A stretch of DNA of 63,862 bases, the filler included. It is 6 parts of 6 records of this genome, joined end to end, with 100 filler letters (N's around TTAATTAATTAA, not from the genome) between each part and the next. Parts side by side here need not be neighbours in the genome. Positions count along the whole stretch, not along the records: positions 1 to 14,536 come from SRR20825019_1961; positions 14,637 to 23,116 come from SRR20825019_1962; 4 more parts are not named here. One strand, written 5' to 3'. Of this stretch, positions 9,876-19,264 are shown in pieces. The notes beneath the pieces were generated by a model, which made no database searches, was not told the origin of the DNA, and saw only the letters and a list, made by a program, of their open reading frames with translations. Every line of letters starts with the position of its first letter. Position 1 is the first letter of the stretch. The translations under genes were made by a program, and so were the position numbers.

Positions 9876-10988
9876 ATGACATCACTCGCTTTTCGTCACG
9901 CCACAAGCGATGACCTGGACGCACTGGTAAAGCTGGAGAACCGCTGCTTCGCTGAAGACCGGATCTCACGGCGCAGCTTCCGGCGCTTCCTGGATATGCC
10001 GCGGGATCGCCTGATTATCGCGTTGGCCGGCGACGAACTTGTGGGCTACTGCCTGGTGTTGATGAGCGCGGCCACCCGGCTGGCGCGAATCTATTCCATC
10101 GCGGTGTCGCCAGCCGAACGCGGCCGCAGTATCGGCGAGCAATTGGTGCGTGAGGCAGAAGCTGCGGCGGTCGACGCCGGCCGCATTGTGATGAGACTCG
10201 AAGTGCGGGAAGACAATTCCCCGGCGATACGGCTCTACCAACGCCTGGGCTATCGCCAGTTCGGCACCTATCGTGACTACTACGAAGACCACGGCACCGC
10301 GCTGCGCTTCGAGCGTCGCATCCTGTTCTACGAACCTTCGCGGGATTTTCCGCCGGTACCCTATTACCCCCAGACCACAGAATTCTCCTGCGGCCCGGCA
10401 GCCCTGATCATGGCCATGGCGACCCTGGATGAACAGCAGCCAATGACCACCCTGGAAGAACTGAAACTCTGGCGTGAGGCCACCACCATCTTTATGCTCG
10501 CCGGCCACGGCGGCTGCGGCCCCCACGGCCTGGCACTGGCGGCCTGGCATCGCGGGTTCCACGCCAGCGCCTATATCAGCAAGGAGGGTGCCCTATTCAA
10601 GGACACGGTTCGCAACGACGACAAAAAGCGGGTTCTGGAGCTGGTGCACGAAGGCTTTCTCTACGACATCGGCCAGACCGGCATCGAACTCCATCACGAC
10701 CCGCTCACCCTGGATGGTATGGAGGCTGCGCTCCACGATGGCCGCGTACCGGTGATCCTGATCAGCACCTGGCAACTGAATCGCAGCCGCGTGCCCCACT
10801 GGGTGACGGTGTGTGCGATGGATGATCAGTTTGTATACCTGCACGACCCGGAAATCGACACGGACGTTGGTGAGACCGTCGCTGACAAGCAATACCTGCC
10901 GGTAGACCGCCGGGTGTTCGACCGCATGTCCCGTTACGGCAAGAACCAACCGTTGCAGGCAGCGGTCATAGTAGGACCAAGGCGTTAG
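9876..10988 (+). CDS. RimI-like GNAT acetyltransferase fused to a C39-like (DUF3335) cysteine peptidase domain
   Basis: GNAT: IYSIAV...RGRSIG, LEVREDN..AI.LY...GY. Peptidase triad: [12 protein letters not shown] (Cys), PHWV (His), LHDP (Asp). Confidence 0.85.
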   Translation: MTSLAFRHATSDDLDALVKLENRCFAEDRISRRSFRRFLDMPRDRLIIALAGDELVGYCLVLMSAATRLARIYSIAVSPAERGRSIGEQLVREAEAAAVDAGRIVMRLEVREDNSPAIRLYQRLGYRQFGTYRDYYEDHGTALRFERRILFYEPSRDFPPVPYYPQTTEFSCGPAALIMAMATLDEQQPMTTLEELKLWREATTIFMLAGHGGCGPHGLALAAWHRGFHASAYISKEGALFKDTVRNDDKKRVLELVHEGFLYDIGQTGIELHHDPLTLDGMEAALHDGRVPVILISTWQLNRSRVPHWVTVCAMDDQFVYLHDPEIDTDVGETVADKQYLPVDRRVFDRMSRYGKNQPLQAAVIVGPRR

Positions 10989-13048
10989 CCAGTCCGCAAG
11001 GCAGCCTCTTTAAGCTCGGAAATATCATCCCGTAACCTGGCAGCCGTCTCGAAGTCGAGATCCGCAGCGGCCTTGTACATATCGTCCTCCAGGCGGGTGA
11101 TCTCCTTGAGAACCTCTTCCGGAGAGCGGTTACCCGCCTTGGCACGGTACTTCTCTGCCTCCTCGGCGGCCTTCTCGCCCGGACGCTCGGCCTTACGGCG
11201 ACCGCGACCACCGCCACCACCGGCGCCTTCCATGATATCCGCGATCTTCTTGTTCAGACCCTGCGGCGTGATGCCATGCTCCTCGTTATGGGCCGCCTGC
11301 TTCGTTCGGCGGCGTTCGGTTTCGTCGATCGCCCGCTGCATGGAACCGGTGATCCGATCGCCATAGAGAATCGCCTTGCCGTGGAGGTTACGGGCAGCCC
11401 GCCCAATGGTCTGGATCAGCGAACGTTCCGAACGCAGGAAACCTTCCTTGTCGGCATCCAGGATAGCCACCAACGATACTTCTGGCATATCCAGGCCTTC
11501 CCGCAGCAGGTTGATGCCTACCAGTACGTCAAACTCGCCCCGGCGCAGGTCACGGATGATCTCTACACGCTCTACGGTATCGATGTCCGAATGCAGGTAA
11601 CGCACACGGATATCATGCTCCATCAGGAAGTCTGTCAGATCTTCGGCCATACGCTTGGTGAGCGTGGTCACCAGAACCCGCTCGTTGACGTCAGTGCGCA
11701 AGCGGATTTCCGAGAGCAGATCGTCCACCTGGGTAGAGGCCGGGCGAACTTCGATTTCCGGGTCCAGCAGGCCGGTTGGCCGCACCACCTGTTCAACCAC
11801 CTGCCCTGCATGCTCGGCTTCGTAGTTACCGGGGGTGGCGGAGACGAACAGCATCTGCGGCGCAATCCGTTCCCACTCGTCAAAGCGCATGGGCCGGTTA
11901 TCCAGCGCAGAAGGCAGTCGGAAGCCGTACTCCACGAGAGTTTCCTTACGGGACCGGTCGCCCTTGTACATGGCGCCGATCTGGGGAATGGTGACGTGGG
12001 ATTCGTCCACCACCAGCATCGCATTGGCTGGCAGATAATCGAACAACGTCGGAGGCGCTTCGCCCGGCTGGCGACCGGACAAGTACCGCGAGTAGTTTTC
12101 GATGCCGTTGCAGTAGCCCAACTCCAACATCATCTCAATGTCATACCGGGTGCGCTCTTCCAGACGCTGCGCTTCCACCAGGCGGTTGTTGTCCCTTAAT
12201 TGCTGCAGGCGCTCATCCAGCTCGACCTTAATGCGCTCAACGGCATCCAGCACTTTCTGCCTTGGCGTGACATAGTGGGATTTCGGATAAATGGTGACAC
12301 GGGGCACCCGCCGGAGAACCTCACCGGTCAAGGGATCAAAGTAACTGAGGTTTTCCACCTCGTCATCGAACAACTCAATGCGGATGGCTTCTTTCTCGGA
12401 TTCTGCCGGAAACACATCGATCACATCTCCCCGCACCCGATAATTCGCCCGGTGGAATTCGACATCGTTGCGGGTGTACTGCAGCTCGGCGAGGCGCCGG
12501 AGGATGTGACGCTGGTCGATTTGGTCGCCCCGGTCCAGGTGCAACATCATTTTCAGGTAGGACTGGGGATCACCCAGGCCGTAAATGGAGGATACGGTGG
12601 CAACGATGATGGCATCCGGCCGCTCCAGCAGGGCCTTGGTCGCCGACAGACGCATCTGCTCTATATGTTCGTTGATGGAGGCGTCTTTTTCGATGAACGT
12701 ATCGGACGATGGTACATAGGCTTCGGGCTGGTAGTAGTCGTAATAGGAAACGAAATACTCCACCGCGTTGTCCGGGAAAAACTCACGAAACTCGCCGTAC
12801 AACTGGGCTGCCAGGGTTTTGTTGTGGGCCATGATGATAGTCGGCCGCTGCACCTGCTGAATGACGTTGGCAATGGTAAAGGTCTTGCCCGAGCCGGTCA
12901 CACCCAACAGCGTCTGGTGTGCCAGGCCGGAGTGGATACCGTCCACCAGCCCATCAATGGCTTTGGGCTGATCCCCAGCTGGCTGAAACGGGGAATCCAC
13001 CTTGAAGGCGCCGTCTTTCATGAGCGCGCCGGTTTCTGAAGTGGCCAT
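10985..13048 (-). CDS. uvrB: Excinuclease ABC subunit B
   Basis: [42 protein letters not shown]-terminal UVR domain [11 protein letters not shown]. Alternative start at 13021. Confidence 0.97.
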   Translation of the reverse strand: MATSETGALMKDGAFKVDSPFQPAGDQPKAIDGLVDGIHSGLAHQTLLGVTGSGKTFTIANVIQQVQRPTIIMAHNKTLAAQLYGEFREFFPDNAVEYFVSYYDYYQPEAYVPSSDTFIEKDASINEHIEQMRLSATKALLERPDAIIVATVSSIYGLGDPQSYLKMMLHLDRGDQIDQRHILRRLAELQYTRNDVEFHRANYRVRGDVIDVFPAESEKEAIRIELFDDEVENLSYFDPLTGEVLRRVPRVTIYPKSHYVTPRQKVLDAVERIKVELDERLQQLRDNNRLVEAQRLEERTRYDIEMMLELGYCNGIENYSRYLSGRQPGEAPPTLFDYLPANAMLVVDESHVTIPQIGAMYKGDRSRKETLVEYGFRLPSALDNRPMRFDEWERIAPQMLFVSATPGNYEAEHAGQVVEQVVRPTGLLDPEIEVRPASTQVDDLLSEIRLRTDVNERVLVTTLTKRMAEDLTDFLMEHDIRVRYLHSDIDTVERVEIIRDLRRGEFDVLVGINLLREGLDMPEVSLVAILDADKEGFLRSERSLIQTIGRAARNLHGKAILYGDRITGSMQRAIDETERRRTKQAAHNEEHGITPQGLNKKIADIMEGAGGGGGRGRRKAERPGEKAAEEAEKYRAKAGNRSPEEVLKEITRLEDDMYKAAADLDFETAARLRDDISELKEAALRTG

Positions 13049-13254
13049 AGTCTGGAGACATCCTTCGTTCAATCAAAAGTGATCTGGGCAACGCATTGCA
13101 CCGCGAATATCAAAAGGTGCAATCTGCAGAGAAACTTATCGTCACGCGGGCTTCATGATACCATCTGAATCGTCAAAGGCGGCCTGAACATGGTGGAAAC
13201 CACTACCCCGACGCCGCCGGAGCCCTATCAGACGCAGCTTTAAGGAGCGCAAGT

Positions 13255-14439
13255 TTGGACCTTCAACTTTCCAGCCGAGTACAGGCAATCAAGCCCTCTC
13301 CCACCCTCGCAGTCACCAACAAGGCAGCGGAACTTCGCGCTGCTGGCCAGGACATTATCGGCCTGGGTGCCGGCGAGCCGGACTTCGATACCCCGGATCA
13401 CATCAAACAGGCGGCCATCGAAGCCATCAACAACGGCCAGACCAAGTACACCGCCGTGGATGGTACGCCCGCTCTGAAAAAGGCGATCATTGCGAAGTTC
13501 AAACGGGACAACGGCCTGGAATACGAAGCCAACCAGATCCTGGTAAGTGGTGGTGGCAAGCAGAGCTTTTTCAACCTCGCGCTGGCCACACTGAACAAGG
13601 GCGACGAAGCCATTATTCCCGCGCCGTACTGGGTATCTTACCCGGATATGGTACTGGTGGCTGAAGGCAAACCGGTTATCATCGAAACCAGCGCCGACAC
13701 CCGATTCAAGATCACCCCGGAGCAGCTGGAAAGTGCCATCACCGAGCGCACCCGCCTGTTCGTGATCAACAGCCCGTCCAACCCAAGTGGCATGGCTTAC
13801 AGCCTGGACGAGCTGAAGGCCATTGGCGAAGTGCTGAAGAAGCACCCGCAGATCATGATCGCCACAGACGACATGTACGAGCCGATCCTGTGGACCGGTC
13901 AGCCGTTCTGCAACATCCTGAACGCCACGCCGGAGCTGTACGATCGCACTTTCGTGCTCAATGGTGTGTCCAAGGCCTACTCGATGACAGGCTGGCGCAT
14001 CGGCTACGCCGCTGGCCCGGCAAAAATCATCGGCGCGATGAAGAAGATCCAGTCCCAAAGCACGTCCAACCCGGCCTCGATTTCCCAGGCGGCCGCAACG
14101 GCAGCGCTGGATGGCCCTCAGGACTGCGTGCAGGAAATGGTCACGGCGTTCAAGGAACGTCACGACTACCTGGTAGAAGCCCTGAATGCCCTGCCCGGCG
14201 TTGAATGCCTGCACGGTGACGGGACCTTCTATGTATTCCCAAGCTTCCAGGCGGCCATTGACGCAGACTCGGGTGTCAGCAACGACGTGGAGTTTGCCGA
14301 GAAGCTGTTGAAGGAAGCCGGCGTGGCTCTGGTACCGGGCTCCGCTTTCGGTGCACCGGGCCATATGCGCCTGAGCTTCGCCACTAGCCTGGATACGCTG
14401 AAGCAGGCCATTGAGCGTTTGCAGAAAGCGCTGGGCTAA
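13255..14439 (+). CDS. Class I PLP-dependent aspartate aminotransferase-like enzyme
   Basis: GEPDF, PAPYWVSY, NSPSNPSG, PLP-lysine motif SKAYSMTGWRIG; TTG start after AAGGAG. Confidence 0.92.
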   Translation: MDLQLSSRVQAIKPSPTLAVTNKAAELRAAGQDIIGLGAGEPDFDTPDHIKQAAIEAINNGQTKYTAVDGTPALKKAIIAKFKRDNGLEYEANQILVSGGGKQSFFNLALATLNKGDEAIIPAPYWVSYPDMVLVAEGKPVIIETSADTRFKITPEQLESAITERTRLFVINSPSNPSGMAYSLDELKAIGEVLKKHPQIMIATDDMYEPILWTGQPFCNILNATPELYDRTFVLNGVSKAYSMTGWRIGYAAGPAKIIGAMKKIQSQSTSNPASISQAAATAALDGPQDCVQEMVTAFKERHDYLVEALNALPGVECLHGDGTFYVFPSFQAAIDADSGVSNDVEFAEKLLKEAGVALVPGSAFGAPGHMRLSFATSLDTLKQAIERLQKALG

Positions 14440-14455
14440 AAATCCTGGCAAGGGG

Positions 14456-14491
14456 TTGACGAGGCGTTGGGGTAACCTTAATATACGCGCC
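14456..14491 (+). promoter_or_regulatory. Sigma70 stable-RNA promoter of tRNA-Asn
   Basis: TTGACG (14456-14461), 17 bp, TAATAT (14479-14484), then GC-rich discriminator ACGCGCC. Confidence 0.75.
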
Positions 14492-14508
14492 TCGTCACAC
14501 GACGACGT

Positions 14509-14536
14509 TCCCCGATAGCTCAGTTGGTAGAGCAAC
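14509..14536 (+). tRNA. tRNA-Asn, 5' fragment (truncated by contig end)
   Basis: TCCCCGA acceptor strand (perfect complement of TCGGGGA at 20-26), then TA and the D-arm GCTC-AGTTGGTA-GAGC. Confidence 0.8.
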
Positions 14537-14636
14537 NNNNNNNNNNNNNNNNNNNNNNNNNNNNNNNNNNNNNNNNNNNNTTAATTAATTAANNNNNNNN
14601 NNNNNNNNNNNNNNNNNNNNNNNNNNNNNNNNNNNN
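14537..14636. other. Artificial contig linker
   Basis: 44 N + TTAATTAATTAA (stop codons in all six frames) + 44 N. Confidence 0.99.
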
Positions 14637-14637
14637 C

Positions 14638-15168
14638 CACGATCAGGAAGAAGCCCTGTCGATGTCCGACCGCATCGCCGTGATGGACGCGGGCCGGGTC
14701 GAGCAATTCGGCTCGGCGGTCGACACCTATCACCGCCCGGCCACCGAATTCGTGGCCCGGTTTGTCGGGGAAACCAACCTGCTGCGCGGACAGGTTCAGG
14801 CGGCCAGCGGCGCACGGGTGACGCTGAAACTCGACAACGTCAACGCCACCGTGACCGTCCCTGCGGGTGACAGCTCGCTGGGGCTGGGCACCGACGTGGC
14901 CATCTCGATCCGGCCCGAACACATGACCCTTGGCACAGGCACCGACCAGCCGATTGCAGCAACGGTCCTGTCCCACAGCTTTTCCGGCGCCACGATCACC
15001 TATGCGCTGGACAGCGCGGCGGGCCGCCTTCTGGCGCAGGTGCCGTTCCAACCGGGCGGCGGCCACCCGCTGCCGACCAAAGCTTCGGTGTCGGTCGGAT
15101 GGGCCGACACTGCGGTCACCTTGATCCCGGGCAAACCGGGACATTCACAATCTGACATGGAGAACTGA
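14638..15168 (+). CDS. PotA-like ABC transporter ATPase, C-terminal part (5' truncated)
   Basis: HDQEEALSMSDRIAVM switch region, FVARFVGETN, TOBE domain with IRPE. Confidence 0.85.
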   Translation, partial: HDQEEALSMSDRIAVMDAGRVEQFGSAVDTYHRPATEFVARFVGETNLLRGQVQAASGARVTLKLDNVNATVTVPAGDSSLGLGTDVAISIRPEHMTLGTGTDQPIAATVLSHSFSGATITYALDSAAGRLLAQVPFQPGGGHPLPTKASVSVGWADTAVTLIPGKPGHSQSDMEN

Positions 15169-15169
15169 C

Positions 15170-16228
15170 ATGAACCTGACACGACGCCAGACCATCGCCG
15201 GGGCGCTCGGCGCAGCCGCCGCCCTCAGCCTTCCGGGACGCCTTTCGGCCCAGACCGACCAGCTGCTGCATGCCTCCTGGGGCGGCGGCGCGGGCGACAC
15301 CTGGACCCATTCCTTTGCTACACCCTTTCAGGAACAATCCGGCACCGCCGTGCGCGTGGTCGAGGTCCCCAACCCCGAGGCCCAGTTCCGCGCCCAGGCC
15401 GGCGCGCCGCAATATCACACCGGCATCGGCACCTTTGTGCAGGGCGTGAACCTGATGCGCGACGACATGCTGGAAACCTTCAGCATCGAAGAACTGCCCG
15501 CGATGAAGGACGTTGACGAGAAATACTGGCTGAAAACCCCCGACGGGCGTCTGGCCGGTGTCACGCCCTATTTCGCCTATTACGGCATCGCCGTGAACAC
15601 CAACGAAGCCTCGGTTGACGACTTCCAGTCCTGGAAGGACCTGGCGAACGAGAAATGGCGTGGCCGTCTGGGCATGACCCGCCCGATCTACCTGTCGACC
15701 TACGACCTGACCATGTTCTCGATCGCCGCAGGCGGCGACGAGAAGAACACCGCAGGCGGCATGGAGCTGTTGACCGGCATGGCGCGCAACGTGCTGATCG
15801 TGTCGAACTCTCTCGCGCAGCAGAACACCATGCTGGAACGCGGCGAAGTGGCGGCGATGCCCTTCTATTCCACCCGCGTCTGGGCCCTGAACGAAGCGGG
15901 CGTCGACTACGTCAAGATGGTGATCCCCACCGAAGGCAGCCTGTTGTTGCCCTATGCCGTCTTTGCCCCCAAGGGCGTCAAGGACCGCGAACAGGTCGCG
16001 GAATGGCTGAACTTCTGCGCCAGCGCCAAACCGCAAGAAGAGGGCATGGCCTATTCCGGCTACATCCCCGCCAACTCGAACGCGGTGGCAACGGATGAGA
16101 TCAAGGCCAAGCTGGGCATGGATTACACCGACCTGCGCGCCAAGCTGTACCAGCCCGACTGGGGCTATATCGCGGAACACCAAAAAGAGACCGTGGCCGC
16201 CATCGACCAGATGATGTCGACCCTGTGA
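15170..16228 (+). CDS. PotD/PotF-like ABC substrate-binding protein with Tat signal
   Basis: LTRRQTIAG twin-arginine leader; ASWGG, GIAVNT and SWKDL...W.G motifs; position in the ABC operon. Confidence 0.85.
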   Translation: MNLTRRQTIAGALGAAAALSLPGRLSAQTDQLLHASWGGGAGDTWTHSFATPFQEQSGTAVRVVEVPNPEAQFRAQAGAPQYHTGIGTFVQGVNLMRDDMLETFSIEELPAMKDVDEKYWLKTPDGRLAGVTPYFAYYGIAVNTNEASVDDFQSWKDLANEKWRGRLGMTRPIYLSTYDLTMFSIAAGGDEKNTAGGMELLTGMARNVLIVSNSLAQQNTMLERGEVAAMPFYSTRVWALNEAGVDYVKMVIPTEGSLLLPYAVFAPKGVKDREQVAEWLNFCASAKPQEEGMAYSGYIPANSNAVATDEIKAKLGMDYTDLRAKLYQPDWGYIAEHQKETVAAIDQMMSTL

Positions 16229-16235
16229 TCCCAAC

Positions 16236-16261
16236 GCAGGCCCGGCACCATCCGGGCCTGC
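16236..16261 (+). terminator. Intercistronic stem-loop after the SBP gene
   Basis: GCAGGCCCGG-CACCAT-CCGGGCCTGC, a perfect 10-bp stem with no U tract (more likely a stabiliser than a terminator). Confidence 0.5.
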
Positions 16262-16292
16262 CCCCTCTCGCCCACACGAACGGAGCCTTCTT

Positions 16293-17132
16293 ATGGCCAG
16301 GACCCTGCGGTCTGCCCTGTTGCTAGCCCCCTCGGCGGTGCTGATCGGGATTTTCCTGATCGGACTGGTGCGGCTGATCGCGTCCTCGGTCCTGATAGAC
16401 GGGCAGATCGACCTGCACCATTACGTCGACATCATGAACCGCCCCGACTATATCGCCATGCTGGGCCGGACCCTGCGCACGGCGGCGCTGACCACATTTT
16501 TCTGCCTGCTGCTGGGCTATCCCACCGCCTATTACGTGGCGCGTTATCAGGGCAACCGGAACATCCTGCTGCTGCTGATCATCTTCCCGTGGCTCGTGTC
16601 CATCGTGGTGCGCAGCTACGGCTGGGTGGTGATCCTGGGCCCGCGCGGGCTGGTCAACGGGTTCCTGATGTGGACCGGCATGGCCGACCGCCCGCTCAAA
16701 CTGATGTACAACGACTTTGGCGTGGTCATGGGGCTGGTGCACGTGCTGCTGCCCTTCATGATCATCGCCATCCTGTCGGTGCTGATGCAAATCTCGCGCA
16801 ATCTCGAAGAGGCCTCGATGAGCCTGGGTGGCCGCCCCTTCTACAGCTTTCGCACCGTTCTGTTGCCGCTGTCCCTGCCGGGCATCCTGACCGGCGTGAC
16901 GCTGGTCTACCTGATGTCCACCGGCGCGATTGTCACCCCGCTGCTGCTGGGGGGCCTGGGCGACACGATGATCGGCACCGAGATCTTCCAGGAAGTCATG
17001 CACTTCTTTGACTATCCCAAGGCCGCAGCCCTGGCGACCGTCCTGCTGGTCACAGCCATGGCCGTCGTGCTGCCGCTGCAGTTTCTGGAACGCTGGCTGT
17101 CCAAACGCCTGACCGATGGAGCCCCCTCATGA
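16293..17132 (+). CDS. PotB-like ABC permease
   Basis: LLGYP.AY, VVRSYGW, EAA loop LEEASMSLGG, LPLSLPGI. Confidence 0.9.
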   Translation: MARTLRSALLLAPSAVLIGIFLIGLVRLIASSVLIDGQIDLHHYVDIMNRPDYIAMLGRTLRTAALTTFFCLLLGYPTAYYVARYQGNRNILLLLIIFPWLVSIVVRSYGWVVILGPRGLVNGFLMWTGMADRPLKLMYNDFGVVMGLVHVLLPFMIIAILSVLMQISRNLEEASMSLGGRPFYSFRTVLLPLSLPGILTGVTLVYLMSTGAIVTPLLLGGLGDTMIGTEIFQEVMHFFDYPKAAALATVLLVTAMAVVLPLQFLERWLSKRLTDGAPS

Positions 17133-17905
17133 TCGCCCGTTACATCGGCATCGCCGTCCTGTTGTTCCTGCCCATGCCCATCATCATCGTGGTGCTGTCG
17201 TCCTTTACCTCGGCGGGCTATCTGTCCTTCCCGATCAAGGGGCTGTCGCTGCGCTGGTATGCGGAATTCCTCGGCTCGGCCGACTGGCTGCGGGTCCTGG
17301 GCACCTCGGCGTTGCTGGCGATGATTGGCGCCGTGGTCAGCACCGGTGCCTGTTTTGCCGCCGCATGGGCCGTGGTCCGCCACAAGATCCGCTTTGGCGC
17401 CACCTATGAAACCATCCTGCTGGCGCCGCTGATCTTTCCCCATGCCGCGATTGGCGTGATCATGATCGTCACCCTGTCCAGCCTGGGCTGGCTTGGCACG
17501 TTCTCGGGGCTGGTGCTGGTGCATTGCATCCTGACCATTCCCTACGCCTATCGCCCCGTCGCCGCCGCCCTGCGCAAATCCGACGCCGCACTGGAAGAAG
17601 CCGCCGCCAGCCTGGGCGCCCGCCCCTGGCGCACCTTCTGGATGGTGACCCTGCCCGCCGTGCGCCCCGGTCTGGTCACGTCGCTTTTGTTCACCTTTAT
17701 CATCTCCTTCGACGAGGTGACGGTGACCCTGTTCCTGGTCGGCCCCTTCGTCATGACCTTGCCCGTTCAGGTGTTTTCCGAAGTGCTGGAAAGCGCCAGC
17801 CCCATCATCGCAGCCGTATCGGCGGCGCTGGTGCTGTTCACTTCGGCCATGGTGTTCATTCTGGACCGTGTCATCGGCATCCAGTTCTTCGTGGAACGCG
17901 ACTGA
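17129..17905 (+). CDS. PotC-like ABC permease
   Basis: SLRWY, LEEAAASLGA, SFDEV, TLPV; ATGA overlap with the upstream permease. Confidence 0.9.
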   Translation: MIARYIGIAVLLFLPMPIIIVVLSSFTSAGYLSFPIKGLSLRWYAEFLGSADWLRVLGTSALLAMIGAVVSTGACFAAAWAVVRHKIRFGATYETILLAPLIFPHAAIGVIMIVTLSSLGWLGTFSGLVLVHCILTIPYAYRPVAAALRKSDAALEEAAASLGARPWRTFWMVTLPAVRPGLVTSLLFTFIISFDEVTVTLFLVGPFVMTLPVQVFSEVLESASPIIAAVSAALVLFTSAMVFILDRVIGIQFFVERD

Positions 17906-19203
17906 TGCAAAACCTGATCAGCACTCCCTACTGGTGGGAGGCCGCCCCCCCGCGCCGTCTGGGCAACACGCCGCCTGCGAGAACCGATGTGGTGATCGTC
18001 GGTGGCGGCTTTACCGGCCTGAACGCGGCCATCACCCTGCGCCGCGCCGGCGTGTCTGTGGTGGTGCTCGAAGCCGAAGCCTTTGGCTTTGGCGCCAGCG
18101 GGCGCAACGCGGGCCATGTGTCCAGCGGTGTGAACCTTGGCAAATCCGCCGCCTCCTCCAACGTCCGCTCGCCGCTTGAGGGACGCTTGCCGCCCGGCGT
18201 CTACGACACGCTCAAGGCCGAGGCCGCCGCCTCCTTCGACCATATCGAAGCCCTGATGCCACAGTTGCCGCGCGATGCGGAATACCGCCGCTCGGGCCGC
18301 GTGGTCTGCGCTGCCCTGCCCGCCCATTTCACAGCGATGCAGGCCAAAAGCGCCAAGATGACAAGGGACGGCACGCACCTCTACCCAAAGACCGACCAGC
18401 GTCAGGTGATCGGCACGGATCTCTATCACGGCGTGATGACCATCGACCGCGCGGGCCAGTTGCATCCGGGCAAATACGTGCAGGGTCTGGTCGACCTCGC
18501 CGCAAGCGAAGGCGCGGTCCTGTGCGACAACCACCGCGTCAGCGGCATCAGCCGCGCAGGCACCGGATGGCGGGTCGCCGCGGCCAATGCGCGGGTGGAT
18601 TGCGAAAAGGTGTTCATCGCCACCAACGGCTATTCCGACACCCTGCGCCCGTGGATGCGCCGCCGGGTGATCCCGGCGGCCAGCTACATCGTGGTCACCG
18701 ACGAACTGCCCGACGGTGTCATCGACGAGCTGCTGCCCCATGGCCGCACCGCCGTCGACAGCAAGCGCCTGCTCAGCTACTACCGCCCCACCCCCGACCG
18801 CACACGCATCCTCTTCGGCGGCCGCGCCAGCCTGCAGGAACGCCCCGCGCAAGAGGTGGCCAGCGAACTGGCCGCGCGCTTGTATGCGGTGTTTCCGCAA
18901 ATCACCGGCCTGCCGATCCGCTACGCATGGTCGGGCAAGATCGCCTTTACCTTCGACCTGCTGCCGCACCTGGGCGAACACGAAGGCATCGTTCACGCCC
19001 TGGGCTGCAACGGCTCGGGCGTGGCCATGCAAAGCTATCTGGGCCACATGGCGGGTCAGGCAATGTCCGGCGGGCCAAAATCCGCGTTCTGGAATCTGGA
19101 CTTCCCCACCGTGCCCTTCTACCGCGAAACCCCGTGGTTCCTGCCCGCCGTCACCGGCTGGTATCGCTTCCGCGACGCGGTGGAGCGGACAACCGGCCTG
19201 TAA
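17905..19203 (+). CDS. FAD-dependent amine/amino-acid oxidoreductase (PuuB/DadA family)
   Basis: DVVIVGGGFTGL Rossmann motif, GASGRNAG, ATNGY, YAWSG, GCNGSGV; TGATG coupling with the permease. Confidence 0.88.
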   Translation: MQNLISTPYWWEAAPPRRLGNTPPARTDVVIVGGGFTGLNAAITLRRAGVSVVVLEAEAFGFGASGRNAGHVSSGVNLGKSAASSNVRSPLEGRLPPGVYDTLKAEAAASFDHIEALMPQLPRDAEYRRSGRVVCAALPAHFTAMQAKSAKMTRDGTHLYPKTDQRQVIGTDLYHGVMTIDRAGQLHPGKYVQGLVDLAASEGAVLCDNHRVSGISRAGTGWRVAAANARVDCEKVFIATNGYSDTLRPWMRRRVIPAASYIVVTDELPDGVIDELLPHGRTAVDSKRLLSYYRPTPDRTRILFGGRASLQERPAQEVASELAARLYAVFPQITGLPIRYAWSGKIAFTFDLLPHLGEHEGIVHALGCNGSGVAMQSYLGHMAGQAMSGGPKSAFWNLDFPTVPFYRETPWFLPAVTGWYRFRDAVERTTGL

Positions 19204-19264
19204 CCCCCATGCAAAAAGGGCCGACGCATCCCTGCACCGGCCCCCTGCCTTTCGCAAAACCCTG

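Noticed and set aside
13049-13254. LexA box or DARS1 upstream of uvrB, as in E. coli
   Set aside because: No CTGT-N8-ACAG and no DnaA-box cluster seen in this spacer.
13240-14535. 431-aa minus-strand ORF and similar long antisense ORFs (7050-8114, 15116-16234, 17767-19257, 19598-20860)
   Set aside because: Shadow frames of well-supported GC-rich genes; no motifs. This one even starts inside the tRNA.
1-14536. tRNA-bounded segment as a genomic island or prophage
   Set aside because: No integrase or phage genes; content is core housekeeping with uniform composition.
14581-14592. TTAATTAATTAA palindrome repeated five times
   Set aside because: Always centred in 44+44 Ns; a synthetic six-frame stop linker, not a biological repeat or CRISPR.
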